This document shows, in pieces, positions 13,383 through 29,589 of a DNA stretch of 64,000 nt. Positions within the stretch are counted from its first letter, which is position 1. The number at the start of each line of letters is the position of its first letter. Position numbers and translations under genes: made by a program. The stretch comes from Eledone cirrhosa (lineage: Eukaryota), in assembly GCA_964016885.1 (NCBI GenBank), contig OZ024742.1, positions 248,558,001 to 248,622,000 on the forward strand, written 5' to 3'. The notes below the pieces were generated by a model that was not told where the DNA came from, searched no databases, and was given only the letters and a program-made list of their open reading frames with translations.

Positions 13383-14103
13383 ATAAATGGAATAGAATGA
13401 AACGAAATTTCATTTCTCACTCTTAGTACGGCACTTACTTAAATGTAAGTATGTATGTATGTATACGTACATATATATATGTATACAGACGTACAGTAGT
13501 ATGTATATATATACATACATGCACACATATATATATGCACTTATCGGTTTATCGAACATTTATTATAATACTCGGTTTGTTTGTTTGTAAACAAACAAAC
13601 AAACCGAATTACACATTACTGTGTTTAGGCAACCACGTCACCTTTTTGTTCAACATTGACACAGGAACGATGTACTAGTTTCAATCTTATTAGCTATCGT
13701 CAGCATCGTATATCTCCCTGCCAGATGGTTGAACGTCTGAAAATATATACCCTCCCGATACATATCAACGGCTGAGCAGCCTAATTTGCATATCGAGTGA
13801 GTTCAGTCGGCCGGGCGCACCGAAAACGATAAATGGAATAGAATGAAACGAAATTTCATTTCTCACTCTTACTACAGCACTTACTTAAATGTAAGTATGT
13901 ATGTATACTTACATACATATATGTATACAGACGCACTGTAGTATGTATATATATACATACATGCACACATATATATATGCACGTATCGGTTTACCGAACA
14001 TATATTATAATGCTCGGTTTGTTTGTTTGTAAACAAACAAACAGCCCGAAAGACGCCGTACAGCGTCTAGGCAACCATGTCACCTTTTTGTTAAACACTG
14101 ACA
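13383..14103 (-). mobile_element. Partial tandem terminal repeats (13383-13660 and 13829-14103) around an HHR, PLE-like
   Basis: ATAAATGGAATAGAATGAAACGAAATTTCATTTCTCACTCTTA...GGCAACCA(C/T)GTCACCTTTTTGTT directly repeated. Confidence 0.55.
13667..13709 (-). ncRNA. Minimal type I hammerhead ribozyme motif
   Basis: Minus strand: ACGATG-CTGACGA-TAGCTAATAAGATT-GAAAC-TA-GTA-CATCGT; perfect 6-bp stem I, palindromic ACTAGT stem III, weak stem II. Confidence 0.65.
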
Positions 14104-14201
14104 CGCTGCGCGCGTATATATATATGTGTGCATGTATGTATATATATACATACTACTGTGCGTCTGTATACATATAGGTATGTACGTATACATACATACT
14201 T

Positions 14202-14236
<35 letters not shown>

Positions 14237-14759
14237 CGTATTCTCCACACGCCACCTACACCCACAACACGCTTAAACCCCACACCGACGTGCTTTCCAC
14301 CACATATTTCCACCCTCAGCCTCCTGATTCCTCTCCCCCCACCCTCTATCCACACACGCACAGACACTCCGACCTACAACCCCCCCCCCCCCCACACACA
14401 CACCTCTTCCTGAACATGCAACCCCGTTCTTCCCCCAACCCTTACTTTCACATACACACACACACACACACACCACCTTCAGCCCTCCCCGCTCGGACAC
14501 CTTGTCTCCCTCTCCCCACTCCACCCGCCACCACCCCTACACACCCCACACTCTTCCACCACCTGTTTTACCCCCCCTTTTAATTTCAGTTAATTTGATC
14601 CTGCTTTTATATTTAAATTTATTTCATTCCTTGTATTTTGATCATGCTTTATTTTTATTTTTATTTTTATTTTTAATTTCATTCGCACCGTTTCCTTTCG
14701 CTATATGTCTCTCCACCACTCCCCTACAAACCCTTTGAACTCTGTTCCCACACACTTCT

Positions 14760-14794
14760 CACCTGAGGAAGGGCTTATGCCCGAAACGTCGGTC
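14760..14794 (+). ncRNA. Minimal type I hammerhead ribozyme motif
   Basis: CTGAGGA-A-GGGC-TTAT-GCCC-GAAAC-GTC; compact PLE-type core, palindromic ACGT stem III, weak stem I; followed by AATAAA and a TA tract. Confidence 0.65.
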
Positions 14795-14909
14795 CCCACC
14801 AACACCCTACTCTCCAGAGCGTGAAATTAATAAACATTCGTTGTACTGCCTCTCTGTTTTGTTCCTGTTCAAATTTTTCCATTATATATATATATATATA
14901 TATGTGTGT

Positions 14910-15104
14910 AATAGGAACGAGTAGGACCCCGACGGCTGGGCTCAAGCCGTTTCGACGGCTAATTCTGGACCAGAATTAGCCGTCGAAAAGGCTTGAGCTC
15001 TGCCGTCGGGCTCCTACTCGTTCCTATTACCCACTCTACTACCCTAAGTATTGAGTACTTTGGTGCGTTATGGTCCACCTGGTTCCTTACCACATTTCCT
15101 TCGT

Positions 15105-15105
<1 letters not shown>
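14910..15105. mobile_element. Family E inverted pair (junction near 14970)
   Basis: ...CTAATTCTGGAC|CAGAATTAGCCGTCGAAAAGGCTTGAGCTC...TTCCTTCGTT(TA)n. Confidence 0.7.
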
Positions 15106-15154
<49 letters not shown>

Positions 15155-15234
15155 CATATATACATACATATATACATATATATATATGTACACACATATA
15201 TACATATATATATATGTATATATATATATACATC

Positions 15235-15302
<68 letters not shown>

Positions 15303-15492
15303 GTAATACTAATAAACTTTAATCTGTTATTTTAATATATATATATATATATATATATAAACAATGAGTTATTTAATTTGTTGATTATTCAACAAAGTTA
15401 ATTCTTAACATATTAGAAGGCCTCAACACTTTTCTCTGGAGTATAATATCAATAATATTAATACATGGGAAATATCTTTCTAAAACCATATT

Positions 15493-15553
15493 TATTTTAT
15501 TATACATATTTCTATGGTACCAGTATTGTGGTACGCTATCGTCATATTTAAAT
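15493..15553 (-). ncRNA. Degenerate HHR motif (C3>A)
   Basis: Minus strand: ATGACGA-TAGC-GTACCA-CAATAC-TGGTAC-CATA-GAAA-TATGTA-TA-ATAAAATA; 3' half identical to the 8076 motif. Confidence 0.45.
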
Positions 15554-15799
15554 ACAATATTTTTTTTGCAGATAATGACATATCGACATATGAACTTAAT
15601 GTTATACGTCGGTAAACAAAAAAAAATACGGAGCCCCACACAGCAAACAATACAGTAGCATTAATATCGGTTCAAAACTTCTTCGTTTTCATCTTTATTG
15701 TTATTGTTATCATTATTATAGTACTCGTTGTTATATACATACACATACTCATGTAAGAGCTCAGCCATCGGGCCATGACGTTCTGCTAAGCATACACAT

Positions 15800-15857
15800 A
15801 TACGTATGCTCACACACACACACATACACACACATATTTTCATATATATATATACAC

Positions 15858-15921
<64 letters not shown>

Positions 15922-15979
15922 GTGTATATATATATACATATACATATATACATATATATATATATACATATATTATATA

Positions 15980-16039
<60 letters not shown>

Positions 16040-16053
16040 ATATAAAAATATGC

Positions 16054-16134
<81 letters not shown>

Positions 16135-16420
16135 GCATATACACACATACATATATACATTCATATATTAATATATGTTGACATATATATGTATATACAT
16201 ATAAATATATATATATATATATACACATATACATATATATATATATATATACATACATATACATGCATACATACATGCATACGTGTATACATAAATACAT
16301 GCATACATACACACACACTTAAATACATACATACATACACACGTACATACATACATACATACATACATACATACATACAGCCATACTTACATACATACAT
16401 TCATACATACATAGACACAC
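15800..16420. repeat. Compound (TA)n/(CATA)n microsatellite
   Basis: Seen directly. Confidence 0.95.
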
Positions 16421-16488
16421 TTCGCTTTACTTACCTCTGTATATGAATCTGTTCATCAATTTTATATCCATTCATTGCTCTGACGCCA

Positions 16489-16580
16489 TTCTCAATCTGA
16501 AGAGCTGGTATCTACCCCAGCTTACTTCGCTACTGAATGGCAGAACTGTAGAGAGAGCTGAAACGGTTCATTAGTGAGAA
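16489..16580 (+). ncRNA. Candidate type I HHR with long stem II
   Basis: TTCTCAAT-CTGAAGA-GCT...AGCT-GAAAC-GGTTC-ATTAGTGAGAA; stem III and cleavage triplet ambiguous. Confidence 0.35.
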
Positions 16581-16639
16581 TTCTTCAGAAAATCATTCCA
16601 CCTTCGTGAGCAACAAGAACAAGAACCAAGCTCTCCTAC

Positions 16640-17650
16640 TATTTATTATAAACTAGTATTGTAATAACACTCCTATATATTCTTAATATTGCTCTTCTTT
16701 TTCTTCTACTTGTAGTTATTGTTGCTGTTATTGTTACAGTTCTTGTTATATTCTTTGGTACTGTCGTTGCTGTTGTTGCTGTTGGTCTGGTTTTTGTAAC
16801 TGTTGTTTTTCTTGTGGTTGTTGTTATTATAGTCCCCACCCCCTCCTTCTTCTTCTTCTTCATTTTCTTCTTTGTCCTAGTCGTCGTCGTTGTCTTCTTC
16901 TTCTTCTTCTTCTTCTTCTTCTTCTTCTGCGTCTTCTCCTCCTGCTACTCCCTCTACATCTTCCACCTCATCTACCCCTCCTGATTCTCCTCCTCCTTCA
17001 CCCCCTCCTCCGCATCTGTCCCACCCCTTCCTCTACACCCTATTTTACCCCCTCTTGCTCCTCTATTCCGCCTTCTCCTTCTTCTACCTCAACCACCACC
17101 ACCCCCATCCACACCGACACAACCACCACCAACACTTGTTGTTGTTCTCGTTCTCGTTGTTGTTGTTGGTGGTGGTGTTGTTGGTGTTCTTCTTCTTCTT
17201 CTTCTTCTTCTTCTTCTTCTTCTTTGTCGTCTTCTTCATCATGCAATACACGTTGTTTGTTATTGTTTATGTTATTGTTGACTTTGTCGGTTTCGTGGTT
17301 ATATGTGCTGCTGTTATTGTTGATGTTTTTATTGCAGTTGTGTAGTACTTGTTTCTGTTGGCGTTGTTGTTGCTGTTATCGTTGTTGTTATAATACATGT
17401 TATTGTTGTCGTTGTTGTTATAATACTTATTATTGTTGCCACTGCAACAGTTACAGTATATACAGTTGTTGTCGTTGTTGTTATTGTAATACCTCTTATT
17501 CCCATTCTTGTTGCTGTACTTATGCTTGTAGTCATTGCAATTGCTATAGTAGTAGTTGTTGTAATTGATGTTGATGTCTTATTTACCATTGTTGTTTTAT
17601 GATTTGTTGTTATTGTTGTATTTGTTGTTGTTGTTGTTATGGTTGTTGTG
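16640..17650. repeat. Degenerate trinucleotide array (GTT/CTT/CCT)
   Basis: Seen directly; source of the poly-S/F/V/C ORFs. Confidence 0.9.
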
Positions 17651-17939
17651 TGGAGATCATCTTATCTGTTCAACTCTGATTTATCAAGAACAGTTTTCTT
17701 GTCTGATTCCATTTCAATAGATTTGTAAAGGGAATCAATTCCATAAATGTGTATATGTAAATCTTTCTATCTATTTCCCTAACTTTCAAATATACACGTA
17801 TATGAATGTATTTATGTAGATATATGTGTGCCACTAGATGCTTATGTAAATGTATGCAACTGTATGTGTATATAGATAGTTACATACATACGTACATCTA
17901 TGCAGATAAACAGACAGATATAGGTATGCAGTTATGTAG

Positions 17940-18700
<761 letters not shown>

Positions 18701-20388
18701 ATATATACCATCGTTCATTCGTCAATACAATTATATATTATATTATATTATGCCCCTGTTCCCTCTATATTATAAACTTCCAAACTTACAATTCTACATT
18801 GAAATGATGAGACACTCGGTTTGCACCATGTTTACCAAACAATTAGTAAACTCCGCCAGTCTATCAGCCTGTCTATTTCCATAAGTAACTTCCCCTCTAA
18901 ACTCAATACTTGCTAATTGCTGCGTAATGTTAGCCATAAACATTGAAAACCTCAAGTGTATGCAGAAACATATGCCTATAAACTGCAATATATTTCTCAC
19001 ACACATTTTAAATACTAAACACTCAACTTAAGATGCACATCTCGTTCCTCACAGACATATGTCCTATGATGAAATGGCCAATAACCAACTAGTAAATTTG
19101 CCAAATTTACATGATAATCAACAACAATGCTATGGTGCTCAACATTGAAGCAATCGCCTTGTTTGTGTAACAACAAACACACACGTTAATCATTAGTTTT
19201 GGCTGAATAATGGAACCAAGTGAAACTTTTATGGCAATGAATTGGTAAATGGGTAGCATTGAACAAAACTACTACTTCATTTCATTCAGGTCCTTTACGG
19301 TCTGAGTTCACATTCAGTCGAATTTGACATTTGTTCATGCCGTTTCCGATATCAACAACCTGTACCATGTTGACTATAGTCTTTAACCAGTTGATATATA
19401 TCTGCACTGTATAGCGCCGGTGTATCCATTCCCATTTTCAAGGCTTCACTGTTTCATGGGCTGATGGGAGCGGGTCATCATCAAATCAAAATCTTTTCTT
19501 GAATGCTTGCAGCAGAGTAGATTCCACTACAGTTACCCGATCGTCAGCTGGTGGTGACAAACAGTCAATGGCCGGAAACATTCTCAAATTTCAATTTCAC
19601 TACATATGTCATCAACAGAAAATGCATTATTGTCTATCGTTTAAATGTAGCTAATATATCGCTTACGCCACAGAGTTCAACTATATACATCACTACAGTT
19701 TTCATATAGCTAGTTTGTCACTTATATCATGGATTAAGAATGTTATATAGCTGATATGTGGCTTATATCATGGATTATATTTGTTATCTACTTACTATGT
19801 AAATACACGTTTAAGGATAATTAAATGTTCTTTAGTGTTGCAATATTAACTACTTTGCTCCAGTGGATGCCTTCAAGAGGTTGTTATAATTTTACGCTTG
19901 TGCATGCGCAAAGATAACTCAGCAGATTATAGAGAGCGGGAGAGAAAGAGACAGAGAAAATCAAAGAGGTAGATCGAGAAACCAAGAGAGAGAAAGACAG
20001 GAAGAGAGTCAGATAGAATGAGACAGACGCTGAAAGAGAATCAATAGAATACAAATAAATATACTATGGCATAAAATAAAGAAGTTAAAGAGGGAAAAAT
20101 GTGAGAAATTTGCTTAATTCCGCAATGGAAAAATACAAATATATAAATAAGAGATTCTCTGATAAATCTACACTGGCTGCAATAAAGATAGGGAAAAAAA
20201 CCTGCTAGCTCACCATACCGGAAACGCGACTGAAAACATAGCATGGTTATTGTTGATAAAACAACAGGAAGTGAATCTGACAGCGCTTGAAACATGGCTA
20301 ACACGTCCTCCATTTTGTTAGCAATTCTTTCGGCTGATAGACAGAGAGATAGAGTGGACTGTTAATACAGAGAGAGAGGGCCCAGTTT

Positions 20389-20434
<46 letters not shown>

Positions 20435-20450
20435 TAATATATATAAATAT

Positions 20451-20621
<171 letters not shown>

Positions 20622-21075
20622 AAACACGGAAAGGGTAAGATGGAGAGATAGTTTCTTTTTACTTTTACCATGATCATATCATTTCTAATGCAGCCTATGT
20701 TGGATATTTTGTATAAAATGTTCAGGCTGAATAATATCAAGTCGATGTTTGCTGCATAATGAATGCCCACAAGCCGAGATTGAAACCATAACTCCAATCT
20801 ACACATTCAGAACATATATATATATCTTCTCTATACACACGTAGGCGGCTATATCACGATGATTCCACCAATACTCTAATTACAGATGTTAAACCGGAAA
20901 GCACTATATCGTACCTTAACGTGTTAGAAATAGCAGCCAAATATCATTAATATTACACTCCACTATCCTAAAATAGATCTTCGAACCTGCAAAAAATGTA
21001 CCAGTCATGACTGGACTGATTTTGGCGTTAGCCATAATTGATCACGACTGACCTCGAGTTCAATAACAATTATGC

Positions 21076-22051
21076 TTTCTGATTTAGGCACATGGCTAGT
21101 AACTTTTTTTCTTGTGTGTGTGTGTGGGGGGGGGGGGGCTCGATTAAATCACCCCAGAGCGTGAATTATAATTTATTTTATAGACTGTATAAGGATGAAA
21201 GGCAAAGCTAACCTTGGTGGGATTTGAACTCGAGATCAATAATAATTGTTTCTACTTTTGGCACAAGGCCAGCAATTATCCCAATGTATTACTGGTACTT
21301 TATGTTATCGATCCCGTAAGGATGAAAGGCAAAGTTAACCTAGGTGGGATTTGAACTCAGATCATAAAGGGCCGTACCTCTTTGCTGCAAAGCATGGCGT
21401 CAGAACCTCTACCGATACTGCCAATCCTCCACCCTCACTAATAATGGTTTCTTATATAAGCACAAGGCCTGCATTTTGGGGGTAGGGGAATGTCGATTAA
21501 ATCGAACCCAGTACGTTACTGGTTGTTTATTTTATCGACCCCGTAAGGAATGAAAGACAAAGTTAACCTCGGCTGGATTTGAAATCAGATCATAAAGAGC
21601 CGTAACTCTATGCTGCATAACATGGCGTCAGAACCTCTTCCGATACTGCCAATCTACGACCCTCAATAATAATTGTTTCTACTTTAGGCACAAGGCCAGC
21701 AATTACCCAGTACATTACTAGTACTTTATTTTATCGACCTCGTAAGGGTGAAAGGCAAAGCTGACTTCGGCGGGATTTGAACTCAAAATGGAAAATGCCG
21801 TAATTCTATGCGTCAAAGCATGGCGTCCGACCCTCTACCGATACTGCCAATCCACAAAATAATTGTTTCTACTTTTAGGCACAAGGCCAGCAATTTACCA
21901 GTACATTACTGGTACTTTATTTTATCGACCTCGTAAGGATGAAAGACAAAGCTGACCTCGGCTGAATTTGAACTCAGAATGGAAAATGCCGTAACTCTAT
22001 GCTGCAGAGCATGGCGTCCGACCCCCTACCGATACTGCCAATCCACCGCCC
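21076..22051 (-). mobile_element. Head-to-tail array of five family S SINEs (about 21076-21231, 21244-21430, 21443-21662, 21671-21855, 21861-22051)
   Basis: Repeated ATTGTTTCTACTTT..GGCACAAGGCC...AGGATGAAAGGCAAAG...GATTTGAACTC units separated by AAT-rich tails; two are the longer subfamily with an extra GG-rich/TCGATTAAATC segment. Confidence 0.9.
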
Positions 22052-22396
22052 TTAATAATAATGCAGTCTGCCTATTCGTGCGAAATTTTTGCAGTTAGCT
22101 ATATATGTAGCCTCAGTATTGTAGTAGAAAAAAACCCAGCACTATCAAAAACAGCACGAGAGTTGGAATAAGATGGGAAAACATTGTTTAGCCATGTTTT
22201 AAAAACAAATTGTTGGCATATATAAATGAATGCGTGTCTATGCAAGTGTTAATGAGCGTGCTTGTGTTTTTCTGTCTATACAAATGTTAATGTGTGCATG
22301 CGAGTCTTTGTATGAAAATATTGATGTGTGTGTCTCTCTGTATCTTTGTGTGGTGCTTTTTAATGCATGTTCATGTATGTGCATTTACGTGAAGAT

Positions 22397-22443
<47 letters not shown>

Positions 22444-22559
22444 CTGTACGTGTACGTGCGTGCGTGTGCGTGTGTATGTGTGTATGTGTTTGAACAATAA
22501 AAATAGAAGTCAGGTGTAAATAGATGGTTAGATCTTTCTACTACGATCGGGATATTGTA

Positions 22560-22890
<331 letters not shown>

Positions 22891-23193
22891 TTTATACACG
22901 GTGGGCGGGGTCTTGCGTACGAACGTATGCATAGAAACACACACATACTCATATATACTAATGGGTGGATAATTCTCTCTGCGTATGTGTGGGTATCTAT
23001 ATATATATGTGCATCTGTACCTGTGTGTGTGTGCAGGAATCTAAATAAATTGGTCAACTAATTGATAGCCCGTAGAGAAAGAAATGGTAGAGATTCGCTT
23101 GAATAATTCACAGAGATATCGCTAAGTCGTGTTGGTTAATAGATAAACACACAGCTGAACACACACAAGCGTTGGCCCGGGTATATCTATCTA

Positions 23194-23270
<77 letters not shown>

Positions 23271-23303
23271 ATATATGTATATATATATATATATGTATAT
23301 ATG

Positions 23304-23397
<94 letters not shown>

Positions 23398-23520
23398 GGA
23401 GGTGAGTTTTATTGTAGTACAATAAAGCAATGCAGATATCGGATAAGAAGCACTCTACAGTTTGTAGGACTGGAGTATACATAATATAAGATCAAAAGAT
23501 GGTTAAAGGAGTTCCATGTA

Positions 23521-23587
23521 TTTTATTATGCGCATTTCAAAAACAAACATCACCATGCAATAATATTTGTGTTTTCATCAGATAAAA
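23521..23587 (-). ncRNA. Type I hammerhead ribozyme motif
   Basis: Reverse complement of 23712-23778. Confidence 0.75.
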
Positions 23588-23711
23588 CAGGAGAACATGA
23601 TATGAAGGCTAAAAAACACTTGTGGATAGTGCAGTTTTAAATCAACATATATGTTGATTTAAAACTGCACTATCCACAAGTGTTTTTTAGCCTTCATATC
23701 ATGTTCTCCTG

Positions 23712-23778
23712 TTTTATCTGATGAAAACACAAATATTATTGCATGGTGATGTTTGTTTTTGAAATGCGCATAATAAAA
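23712..23778 (+). ncRNA. Type I hammerhead ribozyme motif, best-formed in the window
   Basis: TTTTAT-CTGATGA-AAACACAAATATTATT-GCAT-GGTGATGTTTGTTTTT-GAAA-TGCGCA-TA-ATAAAA; 6-bp stem I, long stem II with G-U pairs, palindromic ATGCGCAT stem III, ATA triplet. Confidence 0.8.
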
Positions 23779-23808
23779 TACATGGAACTCCTTTAACCAT
23801 CTTTTGAT

Positions 23809-23917
<109 letters not shown>

Positions 23918-23934
23918 GTATATATATATATATA

Positions 23935-24911
<977 letters not shown>

Positions 24912-25020
24912 ATATATATACGTATATGTATATATACGTATATATATATATATATACACACACACACTTATACATAGACATTATATAAATATGTGTATGC
25001 GAGAGTATGTATATATATAC

Positions 25021-25962
25021 ATTTGTAGTTTATATCTGTTTGTTTGTTTGTTCTACTCCTTTGGTTTTGGAGATAGACCCCCTCATAAACTTATATATTC
25101 TGAAACTACATTGCCCAGGGTACTTGGATAAGTATATTTCCTTTTAATCGAAGAGTGTCCCCGCTGAAAACCTCCGCTGAAATTTTTTTCCCTTCGATAT
25201 ATATGAAATTTAAACCATAAGTAAATGTCGAGATATTATGCCTATTCACAAATTCTCAGCAAATTTCAGTAATATTAAGACAATCTAATAGGGGTTAAAC
25301 ACCCTATAGTGAAGATTTTGGCCAATAAATGGAAACAGATTTCACGAACTCTTTCTATGGTTATAGATAGACCCTAATAACAATATATATTCTGAAACTG
25401 CATTGCCCAGTGTACTTGGATAAGTATATTTCATTTTAATTAAAGGGTTCCTCGGGGGCTCAAACCCCCGCTGAAAACCCCCACTGAAAATGTTTTCCCT
25501 TTGATTTATAAAGTTTAAACCTTGGTAAATGAAAAAATATGATGCCTATTCACAAAATTTCAGCAAATGTCAATAATATTAAGACATCCTAATGGGGGTT
25601 AAACCCCCTATTAGGGTTCCCTGGGGGAAAAAACCCCACGGAAAATATTTTCCCTTCGATTTATATGAAATTTAAACCATAGGTAAATGACAAGATATGA
25701 TGCCTATTCACAGAAGTTTTGAATTGATATTTAAAAAAAAATGTTTACAAGAAACAAAATAAGAATAAGATTTAATAATGTAATTTGGATTTGATATATT
25801 ACAAAAATAATGTTTTCCAATTTTAACGCATTACATTTTACAAAGAGTAATACTGAAATGCAGAGTTTTTCTCCATAAATTATATCACTGATTTAAAATC
25901 AATCATCATTTTCTTAGAAAAAATATGTTTGAAACGCAGTAAGGCGAGGGTAATTCGGCTTG
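25021..25962 (+). mobile_element. Probable non-autonomous Helitron with internal ~290-bp tandem repeats
   Basis: 5' (TTTG)n-rich start; repeats beginning TATATTCTGAAACT.CATTGCCCAG at 25093 and 25386; 3' CGCAGTAAGGCGAGGGTAATTCGGCTTG resembles a degenerate hairpin plus CTAG. Confidence 0.45.
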
Positions 25963-26229
25963 TATATATATATACTTATAGATAGACGTTAGAACATCGA
26001 GTTAAAAGGCTTACAGCCGTAGAAAATATCGCACACTCAAATGAGATGGGAACACAGCTTAGATAATCGGGTAAAATACCCCCAATAACGGGAAAAGTTT
26101 TCAGCAGCTGCCACAGAGTTCCATTCTCTGCATTACAGCTTAGGAACTTTTTTCCGTGTAGGGTTACTTTATTTATGCTCACATGTATCTTCTATCTTGT
26201 GTGTTCGGCATATGCTACATTTTTTAACA

Positions 26230-26275
<46 letters not shown>

Positions 26276-26348
26276 TATACCTAATGTGTTGTTATTTCTG
26301 TTTAACTTTTACTTACACACACATATATAAATATATATATATATATAT

Positions 26349-26413
<65 letters not shown>

Positions 26414-26662
26414 GATTGATGCTCTGAAATAGCGATGTATACATGAATGTATGTATAGTATGTTTGCCAATATACCGTATGTTTAATTAAAAACATTTAG
26501 AAGACCATACGCTATCAGTTTTAAAGTAGTAACTATATAATTTTGCTTCTTTCGCCCCAAAGAAGTAAGTGACACAGTCACTACTTTAAAACTAATAGCT
26601 ATGGTGTTCTAAATGTTTTTGATTAATCATACGGTATATTGCCAAATGTACTATACGTACAT

Positions 26663-26708
<46 letters not shown>

Positions 26709-26713
<5 letters not shown>

Positions 26714-26907
26714 AACGAGTAGGACCCCGACGGCTGAGCTCAAGCCGTTTCGACGGCTAATTCTGGACTCAGTCGAGAATTAGCCGTCGAAACGGCTTGA
26801 GCTCAGCCGTCGGGGTCCTACTCGTTCCTATTACCCACTCTACTACTCTAAGTATTGAGTACTTTGGTGCGTTATGGTCCACCTGGTTCCTTACCACATT
26901 TCCTTCG

Positions 26908-26909
<2 letters not shown>
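26709..26909. mobile_element. Family E inverted pair (junction near 26770)
   Basis: TAGGAACGAGTAGGACCCCGACGGCTGAGCTCAAGCCGTTTCGACGGCTAATTCT and its exact reverse complement; TA flanks. Confidence 0.75.
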
Positions 26910-26953
<44 letters not shown>

Positions 26954-27159
26954 ATACTTTGGGAGGGTCATGTTGCACTGTTTTAGGCAGACGAGTCGAC
27001 ACGCATATGGATACGTACGACAAGTAGACCTGAACCAGAGATGGCGATAATTGTCGCTAAATTATATATGAGTGGGGGGAATGTGTGTTTAGATGAATGT
27101 ATGCATGTACAAGTGTATGTAAGTATGTATGAACGTATGTATGTATGGAGGTACCTATC

Positions 27160-27190
<31 letters not shown>

Positions 27191-27199
27191 CTATCTATA

Positions 27200-27567
27200 T
27201 ACCACTTTGGAAGAAGAATCAGGATAGAGAGAGAGGTGCTGTAGCCCAGCAAGTTTTATGAAAGGTGGGTGAAAGTGTCGAGAATGGCCCGAGTGAATGG
27301 GCCTTCTCTCTACATCAGCCTGTAGGTTGAGGAAAAGGAGGAGGAGGAGAGGAAGGGAGTACAAACTCTTCGTACTCCTGGAGATGAGGGTTGCACATTT
27401 TTTCGGGGGTATGTGTTACCCATATGAACTGTCTCCCCCTATTGGGGAAAATCGATTCATTTTTAAATTGCATTTGTGATAATATTTTACACGTTTTTAT
27501 TGTATGTAAACTTCCCCCTTTTTATTTGTCCCCTTCTTTTGTGTCCTTGTGGCTAATAAAGAAACGT
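27200..27567 (+). mobile_element. 3' end of an L1/Tx1-type LINE
   Basis: AAAGGTGGGTGAAAGTG..GAATGGCCCGAGTGAATGGGCCTTCTCT homologous to 36074-36124; similar 3' UTR ending CCTTGTG..AATAAA. Confidence 0.55.
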
Positions 27568-27831
27568 ATCTATATATATATATATATAGTTTTCCGAATG
27601 TTTCTGTCTATCAATCTTCTCTCATGGCACACTGCTCAAACTGAGGTAACAAGTGTTATGTCACTCAACAATCGCCACTATATACAACAATCCTCCTACA
27701 AAAGACGTCTCAGATGTTACGTTTGACAGTGTTTAAAAGTCTTCAAAGGCCAGATTATGAGATAAACATATAAATATATTTTGCCAATTAGAAAGTCATT
27801 GAACTGTTTATTTTTGATTTATTTCATTTAG

Positions 27832-27945
<114 letters not shown>

Positions 27946-28769
27946 ATACATACATACATATATGTGTACATACATACATACATATATATGTACATGCATG
28001 CATACATCTAAACACAATCTTCACCTCCACACACACACTCACACGCACACGAACACACACACAAATATATATATATATTTAATCAAACAGATAGACTTGT
28101 ATGTGTGTAAATCTATATCTACAATGAACACGCTCTCTTTGTTTTTAGCTTTCATCTTATAGATTAATTTAAAAATAATATTTAATATATTCACTTTCAA
28201 AGAATAGAATAACTTTAATTTTAAGTGCTGTAAAGATGGATGAGATTACAAAGACTGGTCGGTGATATTTCTTGCTCATACATAGTACAGAAATACATTA
28301 ATGTGTTAACTATAAGAACTAAAATAGGACATCAACCTTTAATATATACGGGATTGGTAGACAATTCTATTTTACCACATTGGACCAATGGCTTCGGTGA
28401 GTTACATCTTTTTTACTTCTGTTCAGAGGCCTTTAGGAACTATACCAACGTGATATCAACTTTCTATATGACGCTGAGCCAAGCAGGTGTCTTAACATTA
28501 AAGCCGACCCGTGATTAATACTGAAATATATTAGAAAGCCAGAACAGTTGCTTTTGTAATGTTTGCACTGCCCAACGGCCTAAAATGTTCTTAGCAACAC
28601 GCAGTAGAAAACACTCTTCGAAAGTATTGTCATATATTCTGACAAATAGCCATCCAGTTTCAACTAACCTAAATAATATACGTTTATGTATGTAAGTGTG
28701 TATGTATGAATGTATGTATGTATATATGTATGTGTGTGTGTATGTATGTTACTCTTTCTCTTAATTTCT

Positions 28770-29398
28770 AGTACATTTCTAACCGACCACCTTCCTGGTG
28801 GCAAGTAGTAAAAGAAAAGAAATTGTCATCCCTTGAATCGCAAGAATGTTTTGCAAATTTTGAAGCTGCCATTTGTAGTCTATGAATTAAACAGCTGCGC
28901 TCTTTGTCCACAAATTCAAGTTCAGTCATACTTTGGGCCAAGCGGGTTGGTATATAAGCTGTAGCTCCAAATATAATGGAAGGTGTGTCTTGGATACTGG
29001 ATCTGCAGACTCTTCATCAATAATCTGTAGATGTATGAATGCATGTATTTATGTATGTAAGCATGTATGCATGCCTCCTGACAAACGGAAACAACATAAA
29101 ATCAAATCGACAATTTTTTAATGTTTATTCGTCACTCTAGACTGCACCATATGTGATGGCTGTTGCTTCATTGTTCAAATGGACAGAATAGGAGAGATAT
29201 TTCACTAGTGGAGAGCGAGAGAGATGTGTTGAAATGGCCTGCCCAATTCTCTGGTAATATGTCTAGTTTTGTACAGATGACTCTCCATATGACAGTAAAG
29301 ATCCTGCTAAAATCTGCATGTGTTCAAGACCTCAATATATGGGACATTGTCATGCTAAAAAAATGCAGTATTTTAAACTGACATTTTATGTAGAGTGA
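28770..29398 (+). pseudogene. Possible decayed two-exon coding remnant of unknown family
   Basis: Pyrimidine-rich AG acceptors near 28770 and 29140, GT donor near 29033; one continuous phase-0 frame with scattered stops; no family recognised. Confidence 0.2.
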
Positions 29399-29589
29399 AT
29401 TAATCGTCAACAGCAATAATAAAAACAACCACAACACACACAGCAACAGCCACAACAAATACACGTCCAGCCAATCATTCCCCAACACACAATCCCAGCT
29501 ACCACACACAACATAAGATTAACCACCACAACAACAGTAACATTCAATACAACAGCAGGTTTAAACACAATAGCAAGCAGAACAATAAT

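Noticed and set aside
16890-17589. Poly-Ser/His/Cys ORFs (metallothionein- or mucin-like)
   Set aside because: Trinucleotide repeats open in several frames with no splice or domain evidence
21076-22051. CRISPR-like or tRNA gene array
   Set aside because: Units are ~185-bp SINEs with no unique spacers; A/B boxes are present but no complete cloverleaf
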